From an uncultured Chloroflexia bacterium (GTDB lineage Bacteria; Chloroflexota; Limnocylindria; Limnocylindrales; CSP1-4): 64,000 bases of DNA. The notes beneath the pieces were generated by a model. It was not told where the DNA came from and made no database searches. It saw only the letters and a list, made by a program, of their open reading frames with translations. The stretch is taken from NCBI GenBank assembly GCA_963721015.1, contig CAVRHM010000006.1, forward strand, positions 590,484-654,483. The letters are read 5' to 3'. Numbering within the stretch: position 1 is the stretch's first letter; each line of letters opens with the position of its first letter. Below, in pieces: positions 1 through 10,683 of this stretch. A program made the translations under genes and the position numbers.

Positions 1-386
1 GGCTGAAGGCCATCGGCGGCAACCCGGCCGCCGCCGAGCTCGCGCGGCTACCGGTCCGGCGCTACAAGTTCGGCGCGTTCATCATCTGCTCGCTGCTCGC
101 CTCGCTCGCGGCGATGCTCGACTTCTCGTTCATCGGCTCGGTCCAGCCGAATGCCGGCGTGTCGCTGCTCTTCCCGGTCTTCGCGGCCGTGATCATCGGC
201 GGGGCGAGCCTCTCGGGTGGCCGGGGCACGGCCATCGGGACGCTGAGTGGCGCGCTCCTGCTGGCCATCATCTCGAACGGGCTGGCGCTCCTCTCGGCAG
301 GCGCGTACCTAAGCAACTTCGTGTCCGGCGCGGTGACCATCATCGCGGTCGTCATGGACCGCTTCACCCAGCGGCTGCGCGGATGA
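1..386 (+). CDS. ABC sugar-type transporter permease, C-terminal fragment (gene begins upstream of the window)
   Basis: Frame is open from the window edge to TGA 384-386. Hydrophobic tail (VFAAVIIGGASLSGGRGTAIGT) resembles RbsC/AraH-family permeases. Its stop overlaps the next ATG (ATGA). Confidence 0.7.
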   Translation, partial: LKAIGGNPAAAELARLPVRRYKFGAFIICSLLASLAAMLDFSFIGSVQPNAGVSLLFPVFAAVIIGGASLSGGRGTAIGTLSGALLLAIISNGLALLSAGAYLSNFVSGAVTIIAVVMDRFTQRLRG

Positions 387-1909
387 CCGAGGCCGCCGCG
401 CCGACGGGTCTGCGCATCCGCGGCCTGCGCAAGTGGTACGGCGACACCCGAGCCGTCGAGGACCTGGACCTGGACGCTGCGCCCGGCAGCATCGTCGGCA
501 TCGCCGGCCCGAACGGTGCGGGCAAGAGCACGCTCATCAAGATCCTGGCCGGCGAGACGGCCGCGGACGCCGGCGAGATCGAGCTGGACGGCCGGCCGTG
601 GGACCCGCTGACCGAGCTCGGCCGGGTCGCGGTCGTCCACCAGGAGCCCCAGCTGTTCCCGAACCTGACCGTCGCCGAGAACCTGATGGTCGGACGCGAG
701 GGGACGCGCGGCTTGACGCGCGACCTCAACGCCGCCGAGCGCCAGCTGTTGGACGACCTGGCCATCCTCGAGTACGCCGAGCGCCCGCTCGCCGACGTCC
801 CGCTGGCCATCCAGCAGCGGGTCGAGATCGCCCGGGCCCTGGCCCGCGACGCCCGGATCTTCCTGTTCGACGAGCCGAACTCGGCCCTGACCCAGGAAGA
901 GTCGCTGGACCTCTTCCGGCGGATGCACGGGCTGTCGAAGGCCGGTCGCGTCGTGCTCCTGGTCTCGCACCGCATCGCCGAGCTGGCCGAGCACGCCGAT
1001 CCCGTCGCCCTGATCCTCGACGGGGCGTGCACCGAGGTGCTCGACGGCGAGGCGATCACCCAGGAGGCGATCGCCGCCGGGCTGGTCACGGGCCAGCCGG
1101 TCCGCGAGCCCGAGGACGTGGTCGCGTTCGAGGTCGACCCGGACGCTGCGACCGTCCTGCGCCTGGCCGACTGGCAGCACCGTGGCGGGGAGTTCGCCGG
1201 CATCGACCTCATCGTCCGCGCCGGCGAGATCGTCGCCATCGTCGGCGTCGAGGGCTCGGGCGCCCGCGAGCTCGTGCGGTCGATCGCCGGCTTCGACCCG
1301 GCTGACGGCACGATCGAGGTCGCCGGCCACGATGGCGCCGGCGCCGTGGCGGCGGGCACGAGCCTCGTCTCCTCCGACCGCCAGGCCAGCCTGTTCAGCA
1401 ACCTGACCGTCGGCGAGAACATGGTCGTCCGGCTCGGCCGGGAGATCACGACGGCCGCCAGCGCGCTGCGCTTCGGCCGGATGGACCGCATCGCCCGCGA
1501 GCTGCGCGATGCCTTCCAGGTCAAGGCCCAGTCGATCGACATGCCGATCCGCTCGCTGTCGGGCGGCAACCAGCAGAAGGTGGCCATCGCGGCGGCGATC
1601 GTGAAGCGCCCGGCGGTGCTCGTCCTGGAGGAGCCGACGCGCGGCGTCGACCTCGGCTCGAAGCGCGAGATCTACCGGCTGATGCGCGAGTACGCCACGC
1701 AGGCGCACGCGGTCGTCATCTTCTGCACCGAGGTGCCCGAGGTGTTCGAGGCGGCCGACCTCGCCTACGTCGTGTCCGAGGGCCACCTGTCGGCCCCGCT
1801 CCAGGTCACCCAGTACCCCGACGTCGAGACGCTGGCGAAGGCGGTCACGCGACTGGAGCGCCACGGCCTCCAGCCTGCCCCGGCGCCGGCCGCGGCCGCC
1901 GCCGGCTGA
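383..1909 (+). CDS. Sugar ABC transporter ATP-binding protein with two nucleotide-binding domains (RbsA/MglA-like)
   Basis: 508 aa. Walker A GPNGAGKST, a second degenerate P-loop GVEGSGAREL, and signature LSGGNQQKV. ATGA-coupled to the upstream permease. Confidence 0.9.
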   Translation: MTEAAAPTGLRIRGLRKWYGDTRAVEDLDLDAAPGSIVGIAGPNGAGKSTLIKILAGETAADAGEIELDGRPWDPLTELGRVAVVHQEPQLFPNLTVAENLMVGREGTRGLTRDLNAAERQLLDDLAILEYAERPLADVPLAIQQRVEIARALARDARIFLFDEPNSALTQEESLDLFRRMHGLSKAGRVVLLVSHRIAELAEHADPVALILDGACTEVLDGEAITQEAIAAGLVTGQPVREPEDVVAFEVDPDAATVLRLADWQHRGGEFAGIDLIVRAGEIVAIVGVEGSGARELVRSIAGFDPADGTIEVAGHDGAGAVAAGTSLVSSDRQASLFSNLTVGENMVVRLGREITTAASALRFGRMDRIARELRDAFQVKAQSIDMPIRSLSGGNQQKVAIAAAIVKRPAVLVLEEPTRGVDLGSKREIYRLMREYATQAHAVVIFCTEVPEVFEAADLAYVVSEGHLSAPLQVTQYPDVETLAKAVTRLERHGLQPAPAPAAAAAG

Positions 1910-1933
1910 CCGACCGTCGCCGAGGTCGCCCGG

Positions 1934-3073
1934 CTACTCGTCGACGCGGTACTTGGCGATGAAGTCCTCGTCGAGGATCCAGCCGAGGCCCGGACGATCG
2001 CTGAGCGGGAAGTTCCCGTCGACGAGCGCCGGGCGGTTGGCGATGAGACCCCAGAAGATCGGATCGCGGGCCGGGGCGAACGTCTCGACGTAGGTCGAGT
2101 GCGGCTGCGACGCGAGCAGGTGCGAGGCGACCTGCGCCTCCTCGTGGTGGCCGACCTGGATGTCGAAGGACTGGGCGAGCGCCGCGATGCGTCGCCACTC
2201 GCTGGGGCCGCCGCCCCACGACGCGTCGTAGTTGCAGACGTCGATGGCGCCGGCGGCCATCATCTCGCGCATCCCGACCCGGCTGATCTCGCTCTGCCCG
2301 GCGGCGACGTCGATGTTGCCGCGCAGGCGAACGTCGCGCAGGCCCCGGAAGTCGGCGTGCCAGCGGGTCGGCTCCTCGAACCAGCGGATGGCGATGCCTT
2401 CCGCGCGGACGGCCGCCACGAACTCGAGCGCCTCGGACACGGTGTAGCCCTGGTTGGCGTCGACGACGAACAGGAAGTCGTCGCCGGCATGCCGGCGCGC
2501 CCGGGCCAGGCGGGCGGCGTCCACGGCCGGCGGCTCGGCCCCGATCTTGAACTTCATCCCGACCATGCCGTGCTCGGACTGGAAGAAGTCGATCTCGCGC
2601 TCGATCTCCTGGCCCTTGGCGCTCTCGTCGTCGGGGATGTAGTAGCCGCCGATCCCGATCATCGGGATCCGGTCGCGATAGCCGCCCCACAACCGCCACA
2701 ACGGCTGGCCGACGGCCTTGCCGACCGCATCCCAGACCGCCGTGTCGATGCAGGCCATGGCCTGCATCGCGTACCAGCGCGGGCGGAGCTGATCGAACGT
2801 CGCCGGGAGCATCGCCTCCCAGACGCGCTCGGTCGCGAACGCGTCGAGCCCGATGACCTGGGGCGCCAGCTCGTCATGGAGGATCGCGCGGATCTCCGAC
2901 TGGAGCGGCTCGTCCTCGTCCGCGTTGTAGGCCTCGCCGACGATGCCCTCGGACGTCCGGATGCGGGTGATGATCGTGCACCGGTTGCGCATCTTGTAGT
3001 AGCTGCCCTTGTACGTGAACGGCAGCGGGACGCGGAGCGGGATCGTCTCGATGGACTCGATCGTGAGGGGCAT
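1934..3073 (-). CDS. Enolase-superfamily enzyme (mandelate racemase / muconate lactonizing family, probably an acid-sugar dehydratase)
   Basis: Start trimmed to MPLTIESIE (ATG at 3073) inside track ORF 1934..3370. Motifs GMKFKIG, VVDANQGY and WFEEP fit the family's metal and acid-base residues. Confidence 0.85.
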   Translation of the reverse strand: MPLTIESIETIPLRVPLPFTYKGSYYKMRNRCTIITRIRTSEGIVGEAYNADEDEPLQSEIRAILHDELAPQVIGLDAFATERVWEAMLPATFDQLRPRWYAMQAMACIDTAVWDAVGKAVGQPLWRLWGGYRDRIPMIGIGGYYIPDDESAKGQEIEREIDFFQSEHGMVGMKFKIGAEPPAVDAARLARARRHAGDDFLFVVDANQGYTVSEALEFVAAVRAEGIAIRWFEEPTRWHADFRGLRDVRLRGNIDVAAGQSEISRVGMREMMAAGAIDVCNYDASWGGGPSEWRRIAALAQSFDIQVGHHEEAQVASHLLASQPHSTYVETFAPARDPIFWGLIANRPALVDGNFPLSDRPGLGWILDEDFIAKYRVDE

Positions 3074-3209
3074 CCGGCGGGCCTCGTGACGGACGGGTGG
3101 CCAGGTTGACGGGGCGATGACGGGGGTGCCACCATCCGAGGCGCAATCGTAACTGGAAACGGTACCGCCGTGTCGAGGATGCGGCCGTCCACGCACCCCT
3201 GGCGAGGTC

Positions 3210-4478
3210 ATGACCCGTCCCGACGAACCCGGCCCGGCCGACCCCCAACGCCCCGCGCCGCTCGCCGGCGTCCGCATCATCGCCGTGGAGCAGTACGGGG
3301 CCGGGCCGTTCGGCACGTTGTACCTCGCCGACCTCGGCGCCGAGGTCATCAAGGTCGAGGACCCGGCCACCGGCGGCGACGTCTCGCGCTACATCCCGCC
3401 CGGCCGCTCCGGCACGGACAGCTTGTTCTTCGAAGCGTTCAACCGGGGCAAGCGCTCGATCGCGCTCGACTTGAAGTCGCCGGCCGGCCGGCGCGTGTTC
3501 GAGGGGCTGGTGGCCTCCGCCGACGCGGTCTTCAGCAATCTTCGCGGGGACCAGCCCGAGCGCCTGGGGCTGACCTACGACGTGCTGGGCCGGATCAACC
3601 CAGCCATCGTGTGCGTCGCCCTGACCGGCTACGGACGTCACGGCACGGGTGCGCGTCTGCCGGGCTATGACGCCCTGATCCAGGCCGAATCCGGGTGGGC
3701 CGCACTGACCGGCGCGCCCGACGGGCCGCCGACGAAGAGCGGCCTGTCCCTGGCCGACTACATCGCTGGCCTGACGGCGGTGCTCGGTCTGATGGTCGCG
3801 CTGTTCGATGCCCGGCGGACGGGTGTCGGCCGGGACGTCGACACGAATCTCTACGACAGCGCGCTGGCGATGCTCAGCTACCCGGCGACCTGGTTCCTGT
3901 CCTCGGGGTTCGTCAGCGAGCGACGGGCGATGTCCGCCCATCCGAGCGTGGTCCCGTTCCAGTTCTTCGCGACGGCGGACGGGCACATCGCGATCGCCGC
4001 GCCGAAGGAGAAGTTCTTCCGGGTCCTCGTGGAGCGGATGGGCCTGCCCGAGCTCGCCGCCGATCCGCGCTTCGCCGACTTCGATGCACGCCGGGAGCAC
4101 CGCGAGGCCCTGCTGGCCGTCCTGACGGCGCGATTCGCCGAGCGGACCACCGCGGCCTGGCTCGAGACGCTCCGGGGGGCCATCCCGATCGCGCCGGTCC
4201 GGTCCATGGCCGACGCCCTCGACGAGGACGAGCTGCAGGAGCGAGGCATGCTCGCGGCGTACGAGCACGATGCGTTCGGGGTCGTCCGCTCGATCGGGCT
4301 GCCGCTGACGATGTCCGGCCTGACGCCCGAGTACCGGCCTGGGCCGGCCCTCGGCGCGGACACCGCGGACCTGCTGCGCGAGCTCGGGCTGCCGGCAGAC
4401 CTGCTCGAGGAGCTGGTAGGCGAGGGCGACGGTGCCGGCGACCTGGCCCGGGGCGAGACGCCGGGCGACGCCGGGTGA
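3210..4478 (+). CDS. Family III CoA-transferase (CaiB/BaiF family)
   Basis: 422 aa. N-terminus GVRIIAVEQYGAGPFGTLYLADLGAEVIKVE is the typical family III signature. Confidence 0.85.
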   Translation: MTRPDEPGPADPQRPAPLAGVRIIAVEQYGAGPFGTLYLADLGAEVIKVEDPATGGDVSRYIPPGRSGTDSLFFEAFNRGKRSIALDLKSPAGRRVFEGLVASADAVFSNLRGDQPERLGLTYDVLGRINPAIVCVALTGYGRHGTGARLPGYDALIQAESGWAALTGAPDGPPTKSGLSLADYIAGLTAVLGLMVALFDARRTGVGRDVDTNLYDSALAMLSYPATWFLSSGFVSERRAMSAHPSVVPFQFFATADGHIAIAAPKEKFFRVLVERMGLPELAADPRFADFDARREHREALLAVLTARFAERTTAAWLETLRGAIPIAPVRSMADALDEDELQERGMLAAYEHDAFGVVRSIGLPLTMSGLTPEYRPGPALGADTADLLRELGLPADLLEELVGEGDGAGDLARGETPGDAG

Positions 4479-4516
4479 CGCCGGCCGGCGACGGCTGACG
4501 CCGGCCGACGGCGGTG
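4457..4516. repeat. Degenerate 10-bp-period tandem repeat (GACGCCGGNN) spanning the stop codon of the CoA-transferase
   Basis: GACGCCGG recurs at 4457, 4467, 4477 and 4497, with GACGGC variants at 4490 and 4507. Also contains the 12-nt palindrome CGCCGGCCGGCG. Confidence 0.5.
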
Positions 4517-4592
4517 CCGAGTCGGTGGCGGGTGACGAGGCTTCAGGCGACCGGGGACCCCTCGCGGTGACGGGGTCCGTCGCGGCCCAACG

Positions 4593-4958
4593 TCAGGCTT
4601 CGGCCGCGGGCGGTGGAGCGGCGGCCGGGCCGGCGGGAGCGCCGGTCGTGCCTGGGGCGACGGGCTCCAGGTCGATGGTCCGGACCTGGCGGGTCTTGCC
4701 GGCCTCGGTGCGGACGACGGCCTGCGGGATGACCCCGCTGACGAGCTTCTCGATCGTCGCGATCTCTCCGGCGTAGAGGCCGGTGCCGGCGATCCGGACC
4801 TTGCCCCCGACCGTCAGGCCGGCGCGGCCCTTGGCCGCCGTGAGGTCGATGGTCGCGACGGTGGGGCGGACATATGGGGCGTCCGTCGGCAGACCGGTGG
4901 CGGGCGGTGGTCGATTGGCGGTCTTGGCCGGCGGGTAGTTGACCTTGCGTTTGCGCAC
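4593..4958 (-). CDS. Hypothetical protein: basic N-terminus, KOW-like middle, Pro/Ala-rich tail
   Basis: Track ORF 4593..5027, trimmed to the GTG at 4958 which follows GGAGA. Coding-like G/C third positions. No family recognised. Confidence 0.45.
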   Translation of the reverse strand: MRKRKVNYPPAKTANRPPPATGLPTDAPYVRPTVATIDLTAAKGRAGLTVGGKVRIAGTGLYAGEIATIEKLVSGVIPQAVVRTEAGKTRQVRTIDLEPVAPGTTGAPAGPAAAPPPAAEA

Positions 4959-5074
4959 GGGCTCTCCTGTGGCGGATGACGATACGACCGGGCCGCGCGG
5001 GTGGTCCGGCCGTCCGAACCATCGCACATCGGCGCAAGTCGTCGCGCCGACGGCCGGTCCGGGAGCGTGGGCGA

Positions 5075-5416
5075 TCAGCCCTCGGTGACGTCCTTGGCGG
5101 CCTTCTTGACCTTCGTCGTCGCGGCCTCGACGTCGGCCGCGGCCTCGGCCGCCGTGGCCTGGGCGGCGTCCAGGCGGTCGCCGGCGCCGTTCGTGGCGGC
5201 GGTCGCCCCTTCTTCGCCCGCGCGCATCTCGGCGATCTGGGCCGTGACCTGCTCCTGGACCTCGCGGGTCCGGGCCTGGACCTGATCCCCGATCTCGCCG
5301 AGTCGGGACTCGACCTGGTACTCCTCGCGGAAGCGCTCACCGGATCGGGACATGTACCAGGCGGCCGCCGCGGCGGCAGCGGCGATCCCCGTGATGACGC
5401 CAGCCAAGAACCCCAT
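5075..5416 (-). CDS. YtxH-like small membrane-anchored protein
   Basis: Start MGFLAGVITG (ATG at 5416) is preceded by AAGGAG. One N-terminal TM helix followed by a long charged helix, as in YtxH / general stress proteins. Confidence 0.6.
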   Translation of the reverse strand: MGFLAGVITGIAAAAAAAAWYMSRSGERFREEYQVESRLGEIGDQVQARTREVQEQVTAQIAEMRAGEEGATAATNGAGDRLDAAQATAAEAAADVEAATTKVKKAAKDVTEG

Positions 5417-5497
5417 GCCATGACTCCTTTCCAACCGGCCCGCGCCTCGTGCCGTGGACTGGGGAGTGTACCCCTCCCCTCGCCACGCAGCGTCGCC

Positions 5498-6283
5498 TCA
5501 GGGCGGCGGGGCACCCAGCCGGTCCTGGAGATCGATCATCGCCTGCTGGCTGATCGTGATGAATCCATCGCGCGGCCGATCGAGGTCGACGACGAGGACG
5601 AGCACGGCCCCGATGACGACGACCAGGACGCCGGCCCCGATGAGGCTGCGCTGGCGGCTGAGCCCGGAGTTGTAGCCGGAGATGCCCATGGCCAGGAGCG
5701 TCCCGGCCACGAGCAGGTACACGACGGTCTCCGGGACCCGGGCGTAGATGCCGGCGACGTAGCGCGTCGTATGGAGGTCGATCATCTCGTTGAGCGAGTC
5801 GACATACAGGGAGAAGACCTCGGAGCCGGACTCCGTCGGCGCCAGGCCCTCCGTCATCTGCCACAGCTCGTCCTGGATCTCGAGCGACCGCGCCGAACCG
5901 TCGACGACCATCTGCTGGGACGTCCAGATGCGTTGCGGCACGTAGTCTGCGAGCAGGGCCCGGGACGCCTCGCGCTGCGGCGAGGGCAGGAAGCCGGCCC
6001 GCAGATACGTCGTTTCGATGGCATTGGCCTCGTCGACCACGATGACCCGGCGCGTGTCGTACCGGTCCGCGGCCATCCCCATCGTGACGGCAAGGAGGAA
6101 CGCGAAGAGGCCGAGGACGGAGCCGACGAGCAGGCCGGTGGGTCCCTCCTCGACCTTGTCGGGCGTCCGATCCTGGTACCACTTGCCGATCCGGAACCCG
6201 ACCTCGTAGACCGCGAAGCTCAGGACGACGAAGACCGCGAACAGCAGCCAGATCGGCATCTGGTCGAACAGGGAGCCGGTCAT
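5498..6283 (-). CDS. DUF4239-like membrane protein
   Basis: Start MTGSLFDQ (ATG at 6283) overlaps the stop of the upstream gene (ATGA). TM helices at both ends flank a soluble middle. Confidence 0.55.
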   Translation of the reverse strand: MTGSLFDQMPIWLLFAVFVVLSFAVYEVGFRIGKWYQDRTPDKVEEGPTGLLVGSVLGLFAFLLAVTMGMAADRYDTRRVIVVDEANAIETTYLRAGFLPSPQREASRALLADYVPQRIWTSQQMVVDGSARSLEIQDELWQMTEGLAPTESGSEVFSLYVDSLNEMIDLHTTRYVAGIYARVPETVVYLLVAGTLLAMGISGYNSGLSRQRSLIGAGVLVVVIGAVLVLVVDLDRPRDGFITISQQAMIDLQDRLGAPPP

Positions 6284-8808
6284 GCCCGGATGCGCTCTCC
6301 GGCCGGATCCCACAGCGGGTCCTTGACGACCCGCGCCGGCAGGCGCTCACCGAACCATTCGATGCTGAGCGCGGTCCCAGGGACCGCCAGGGTGACGGGC
6401 AGCATGACGCTGACAAGGTACGCGCCGACCGAGGCACCATGCGCGGCACTCCGGACATAGCCGACGACCGCCTCGCTGCCGGCATCGGCCGCGCGGACCG
6501 GCTCGCGACCCAGAACGGCGGCGTCCGGGTCGTCCAGGGCGACCCAAGCTAGCGCCCGCGTCCGCCCGGCATCCCGGCGCCGGAGGAGCGCGTCGCGCCC
6601 GACGAAGTCGCCCTTGCCGAGCTTGACCGTGAAACCGATGCCGGCCTCGTACGGGTCGTCCTCGACGGTCATGTCCGTGCCCCACGACCGATAGCCCTTC
6701 TCCATCCGCAGGCCGTCGTAGGCCGCCCGGCCGGCGGCCACGAGCCCGAACGGCCGGCCAGCGTCCCACAGGACGTCCCACAGCCGGCGGCCGACGGCCG
6801 CCTCGGCATACAGCTCCCAGCCGAGCTCCCCCGCATACGAGATCCGCTGGGCCAGGACGGGCACGTCGTCGAGCTCGATGGGTCGCGCGGTCAGGTACGG
6901 GAAGCCGTCGTTCGAAACGTCGTCCGGCGAGATCGAGGCGACCAGCTCGCGGGCCAGCGGACCCCACACACCGACGGCGGTCGTGCCCGGCGTGATGTCG
7001 ACGATCTCGACCCGCTCGTCGGGTCGCCGTGCCCGGCGGAGATAGGCGATGTCCGGCTGGCCGTTGCAGCCCAGCTGGAAGCGATCCTCGGCGAGCCGCG
7101 TGAACGTGATGTCGCTGCGGACGCCGCCCTGGGCGTCACACACGGCCGAGTACACGACCGATCCGACCGGTCCGCCGAGGTCGTTCGTCGCCAGGCGCTG
7201 CAGGAAGGGCTCGGCGTCCGGGCCGCTCACGATGGCCTTGGTCAGCGAGGTCAGGTCGAACAGGCCGACCCGTTCGCGTGTAGCCCGGTGCTCGGTGGCG
7301 ACCGACGCCGACCAGAACCGGCCGGCCCAGTCGTCGCGCCGGACGTCCGGCGCCGGCGGGTTGGCCGCGAACCACTGGGCCCGTTCCCAGGCCTTGCCCT
7401 CGAAGAAGACGGCGCCGAGCGCCTCCAGCCGGTCGTGGAAGGGGGCCACCCGGAGCGGCCGGGCGACACCGAGCGGCTGGACCGGGTGGATGAGGTCGTA
7501 CACCTCGTCATAGTTCCGGGCCCCGCGCGCCCGCACGTACGAGCGCGTGAGCTGGACGGTCTCGAACCGGTCGATATCGAGCTCGTGGACGTCCCGGCCG
7601 GGGTCACCGTCGGTGATCCAGTCGGCCACGACTCGGCCGACCCCGCCCGCGTGGGTGATCCAGACGGCCTCGGCGATCCAGGCCCCGCGAACGACGGGCG
7701 ACTCGCCGAGGACCGGGAAGCCATCGGGCGTGAACGAGAACATCCCGCTCAGCCGGTAGTCGACGGTCGTCGAGGCGAGCGGCGGCATGAGCTCGAGCGC
7801 ATCCGCCCAGGCCGGCTCGAAGAGGGTCGGGTCGAACGGCCGGGCGGACGGCATGTCCAGCGGCTCCCCATGCGGATTGACCGCCGCGACATCCACCGCG
7901 GCCGCGCTGCCGTGGGCGCGGATGTCACGCGCGTCGACGAGCAGCGGCCGGTGCTCGTAGGTCCCGACCCCATAGCGGTCCCCGTGCTGGCGGTAGTACA
8001 TCGCCCGGTCCTGGTCGCGAAGCATCGGATGGACGACCTCGCGGGTCTCACCGGCCAGGTCCGGGACCGGCGAGGTGATCGTGTACAGGTGCTCGCACGG
8101 CGTCAGCGGGATCGGCGTGCCCAGCATCTCGCCGAGCAGCGGCCCCCAGATCCCGCCGCACACGACCGCTCGCGGCGTGGCGATCGTGCCGCGCTCGGTC
8201 ACGACGCCGTGGAGCTGCCCGGCCCGGACGTCGAACCCGGTCACCCGCGTCCCGGGCACGATCGCGGCCCCCGCCGCAGCGGCCGACCGGAGGAGCGCCG
8301 CGACGAAGCGCATCGGCTTGCCGACGCCGTCATAGGGCGTGTGATAGGCGCCCAGGATGGCCTCCGGATCGAGGATCGGGACGAGCTCGCGGGTCTCACG
8401 CGGCGACAGGAGCTCGGCGCCCGGCACGCCCCACGCCTCGGCCGCCCCGAGCTTGCGACGATGGTCGCGCCAGCGCTCCGGGGTGCGGGCGATCTCGATC
8501 GTCCCGACCGGGTAGAAGCACGGCCGGCCGTCCAGGTCCAGGGCGCGCATGAGCTCGACGGTCTCGAGGCCCAAGCGGGTCATGGCCCGCGAGTAGTTCG
8601 TGGCGAAGAGGCCGCCTGGGGCGTGCGTCGTTGAGCCGCCGGTATCCGGGATGGACCCCTGGTCGACGACGACGACGTCCTTCCAGCCACGCTGGGCGAG
8701 GTGGTAGGCCACGCTGGCCCCGACGATCCCCGCCCCGATGACGACGAGCGCGGCCTCGCCCGGCGGGTCGGCGACCGGGCGACGGTCCGGGATGGTGGCG
8801 GCGTCCAT
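6280..8808 (-). CDS. FAD-dependent oxidoreductase fused to a GcvT-type aminomethyltransferase domain (dimethylglycine/sarcosine dehydrogenase family), paralogue 1
   Basis: 842 aa from MDAATIP (ATG at 8808). Motifs [17 protein letters not shown] and [10 protein letters not shown], plus C-terminal [12 protein letters not shown]. The ORF is uninterrupted. Confidence 0.85.
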   Translation of the reverse strand: MDAATIPDRRPVADPPGEAALVVIGAGIVGASVAYHLAQRGWKDVVVVDQGSIPDTGGSTTHAPGGLFATNYSRAMTRLGLETVELMRALDLDGRPCFYPVGTIEIARTPERWRDHRRKLGAAEAWGVPGAELLSPRETRELVPILDPEAILGAYHTPYDGVGKPMRFVAALLRSAAAAGAAIVPGTRVTGFDVRAGQLHGVVTERGTIATPRAVVCGGIWGPLLGEMLGTPIPLTPCEHLYTITSPVPDLAGETREVVHPMLRDQDRAMYYRQHGDRYGVGTYEHRPLLVDARDIRAHGSAAAVDVAAVNPHGEPLDMPSARPFDPTLFEPAWADALELMPPLASTTVDYRLSGMFSFTPDGFPVLGESPVVRGAWIAEAVWITHAGGVGRVVADWITDGDPGRDVHELDIDRFETVQLTRSYVRARGARNYDEVYDLIHPVQPLGVARPLRVAPFHDRLEALGAVFFEGKAWERAQWFAANPPAPDVRRDDWAGRFWSASVATEHRATRERVGLFDLTSLTKAIVSGPDAEPFLQRLATNDLGGPVGSVVYSAVCDAQGGVRSDITFTRLAEDRFQLGCNGQPDIAYLRRARRPDERVEIVDITPGTTAVGVWGPLARELVASISPDDVSNDGFPYLTARPIELDDVPVLAQRISYAGELGWELYAEAAVGRRLWDVLWDAGRPFGLVAAGRAAYDGLRMEKGYRSWGTDMTVEDDPYEAGIGFTVKLGKGDFVGRDALLRRRDAGRTRALAWVALDDPDAAVLGREPVRAADAGSEAVVGYVRSAAHGASVGAYLVSVMLPVTLAVPGTALSIEWFGERLPARVVKDPLWDPAGERIRA

Positions 8809-8916
8809 CGGGCGACCTCCTCGAGGCGGTCTGTCGGCGGCATCTTGCCGCGCTCGGCCGGCGACCGTCGAGGCCGACCGCGATATGGCACGAGACCGGC
8901 TAGCATCTGCGGCCAT

Positions 8917-9934
8917 GACCACACCCCGGCCGACCCGCGTCGGCGTCATCGGCACCGGCCTCATGGCCCGCTACCACTTCACCACGATGATCGGCCGCGA
9001 GGACACGGACATCATCGCCGTGTGCGAGCCGTCGGCCGGCGCCTGGGAGGTCGCCTCGGCCACGTTCGCCGAGCGTGGGGCCCCGCTGCCGCCCAACGAG
9101 CCGGACTGGCGGCAGTTCCTCGATCGTTACGGGCCGGCGCTCGATGCCGTCCTCATCATCACCCCCCACGCGCTCCACTTCGAGCAGGCCACGGCCTTCC
9201 TCGATGCCGGCATCGACGTGCTCCTCGAGAAGCCGATGGTCATGGACGCCGCTGAGGCCGAGACCCTCATCGCCACCCGCGACCGGACCGGCCGCCTACT
9301 CGTCGTCGCCTTCCCGGGCAGCCTGTCACCGCAGGTCCGGGCCGCTGCCCGGATGATCCGGACGGGTGAGCTCGGGCCGATCCTGACGATCGATGCGGTC
9401 GCCTGGCAGGACTGGGACGTCCAGGCACGCGGGACGTGGCGCCAGGTCCCGGAGCTGTCGGGCGGCGGCTTCCTGTTCGACACCGGGGCGCACATGCTCA
9501 ACACGGTGGCCGATCTCGTCGGTGAGGACATCACCGAGGTGGCGGCCTGGCTGGAGCACGACGGCGGGCCGGTCGACCTGCGTGGCGTGGTCATGGCCCG
9601 GATCGCGTCGGGTGCGCTGATCACGATGAACGCGTGCGGCCGGGCGATCCCGTCGCTCGGATCGGAGATCCGCGTGTTCTGCGAAAGGGCCATCGTGCGG
9701 ACCGGGATCTGGGGGGAACGGCTGGACATCCAGCGCGCCGGCGAGGGCGAGCTGAGCCCGGTCCCGCAGGTCGCGTCGAGCACGGTCTGGGCCCAGTTCC
9801 TCGACGTCCGAGCCGGCCGCATCGCGAACCCCAGCCCACCCGAGGTCGGCCTGCGGATGGCCCGGATGTGGGACGCGATCCAGGCGTCGTCGGCGAGCGG
9901 CGGGGCCGTCGTCCGGGTCGGGAGCCTCGGATGA
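8917..9934 (+). CDS. Gfo/Idh/MocA family oxidoreductase
   Basis: Start [25 protein letters not shown] motif present. Divergent from paralogue 1. Confidence 0.85.
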
Positions 9935-10671
9935 CCATCCGGGTCACGGTCTGGAACGAGTTCCGCCAGGAGCACACCGACGAGCCGGTCCGGCGGATCT
10001 ACCCGGACGGCATCCACGCGGCGATCGCGGCCGGCCTGCGCGAACACGGCGACGGCCTGCTCGTCCGGACGGCGACGCTGGACGAGCCCGAGCACGGCTT
10101 GAGCGACGCGGTCCTGGCCGAGACCGACGTCCTGACCTGGTGGGCCCACGTCGCGCACGCCGAGGTGTCGGACACGGTCGTCGATCGGGTCCAGCGCCGG
10201 GTCCTGGAGGGGATGGGCCTGGTCGTCCTCCACTCCGGGCACTTCTCGCGGATCTTCCAACGGCTCATGGGCACGACTTGTGACCTGACCTGGCGCGAAG
10301 ACGCGGGCCGCGAGCGGGTGTGGGTCGTGGACCCGGGCCATCCCATCGCCGAGGGCCTGGGCTCCGGGTTCGTCCTGCCCGAGGAAGAGATGTACGGCGA
10401 GTTCTTCGACATCCCCGCGCCCGATCGACTCGTCCTGGTCAGCTGGTTCCAGGGCGGCGAAGTGTTCCGGAGCGGCTGCTGCTTCGAGCGCGGCCTCGGC
10501 CGGATCTTCTACTTCCGACCCGGACATGAGACCCACCCGACGTACTTCGACGCCAACGTCCGGCGCGTCATCGCCAACGCCGTTCGGTGGGCCGCCGATC
10601 CGACCCGTGGCGACCGCCCGGCATTCGGGCATCGCGCGGCGCCGCTCGAGCCGCCCGATCGCGCGGGCTGA
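9931..10671 (+). CDS. ThuA-domain protein (trehalose-utilisation-like)
   Basis: [14 protein letters not shown]... to ...[20 protein letters not shown] overlap with the Gfo/Idh/MocA gene. Confidence 0.8.
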   Translation: MTIRVTVWNEFRQEHTDEPVRRIYPDGIHAAIAAGLREHGDGLLVRTATLDEPEHGLSDAVLAETDVLTWWAHVAHAEVSDTVVDRVQRRVLEGMGLVVLHSGHFSRIFQRLMGTTCDLTWREDAGRERVWVVDPGHPIAEGLGSGFVLPEEEMYGEFFDIPAPDRLVLVSWFQGGEVFRSGCCFERGLGRIFYFRPGHETHPTYFDANVRRVIANAVRWAADPTRGDRPAFGHRAAPLEPPDRAG

Positions 10672-10683
10672 CAAGGCCCGGGT

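Noticed and set aside
62-1864. 600-aa ORF antisense to the ABC ATPase. The same kind of long shadow ORFs occur at 2874-4268(-), 9127-10674(-), 12361-13917(+), 12431-14974(-), 18998-20389(-), 42658-44142(+), 47684-49303(+), 49098-50477(-), 52931-54757(-) and 54445-55719(-).
   Set aside because: They are typical GC-rich shadow ORFs. Translations are Arg/Pro/Gly/Asp-rich and low in complexity, with no motifs. Each fully overlaps an opposite-strand or other-frame gene that carries unambiguous family signatures.
4457-4516. A CRISPR-like or other repeat array.
   Set aside because: It is only a short degenerate 10-bp microsatellite with no spacers. No cas genes or other repeat arrays occur anywhere in the window.
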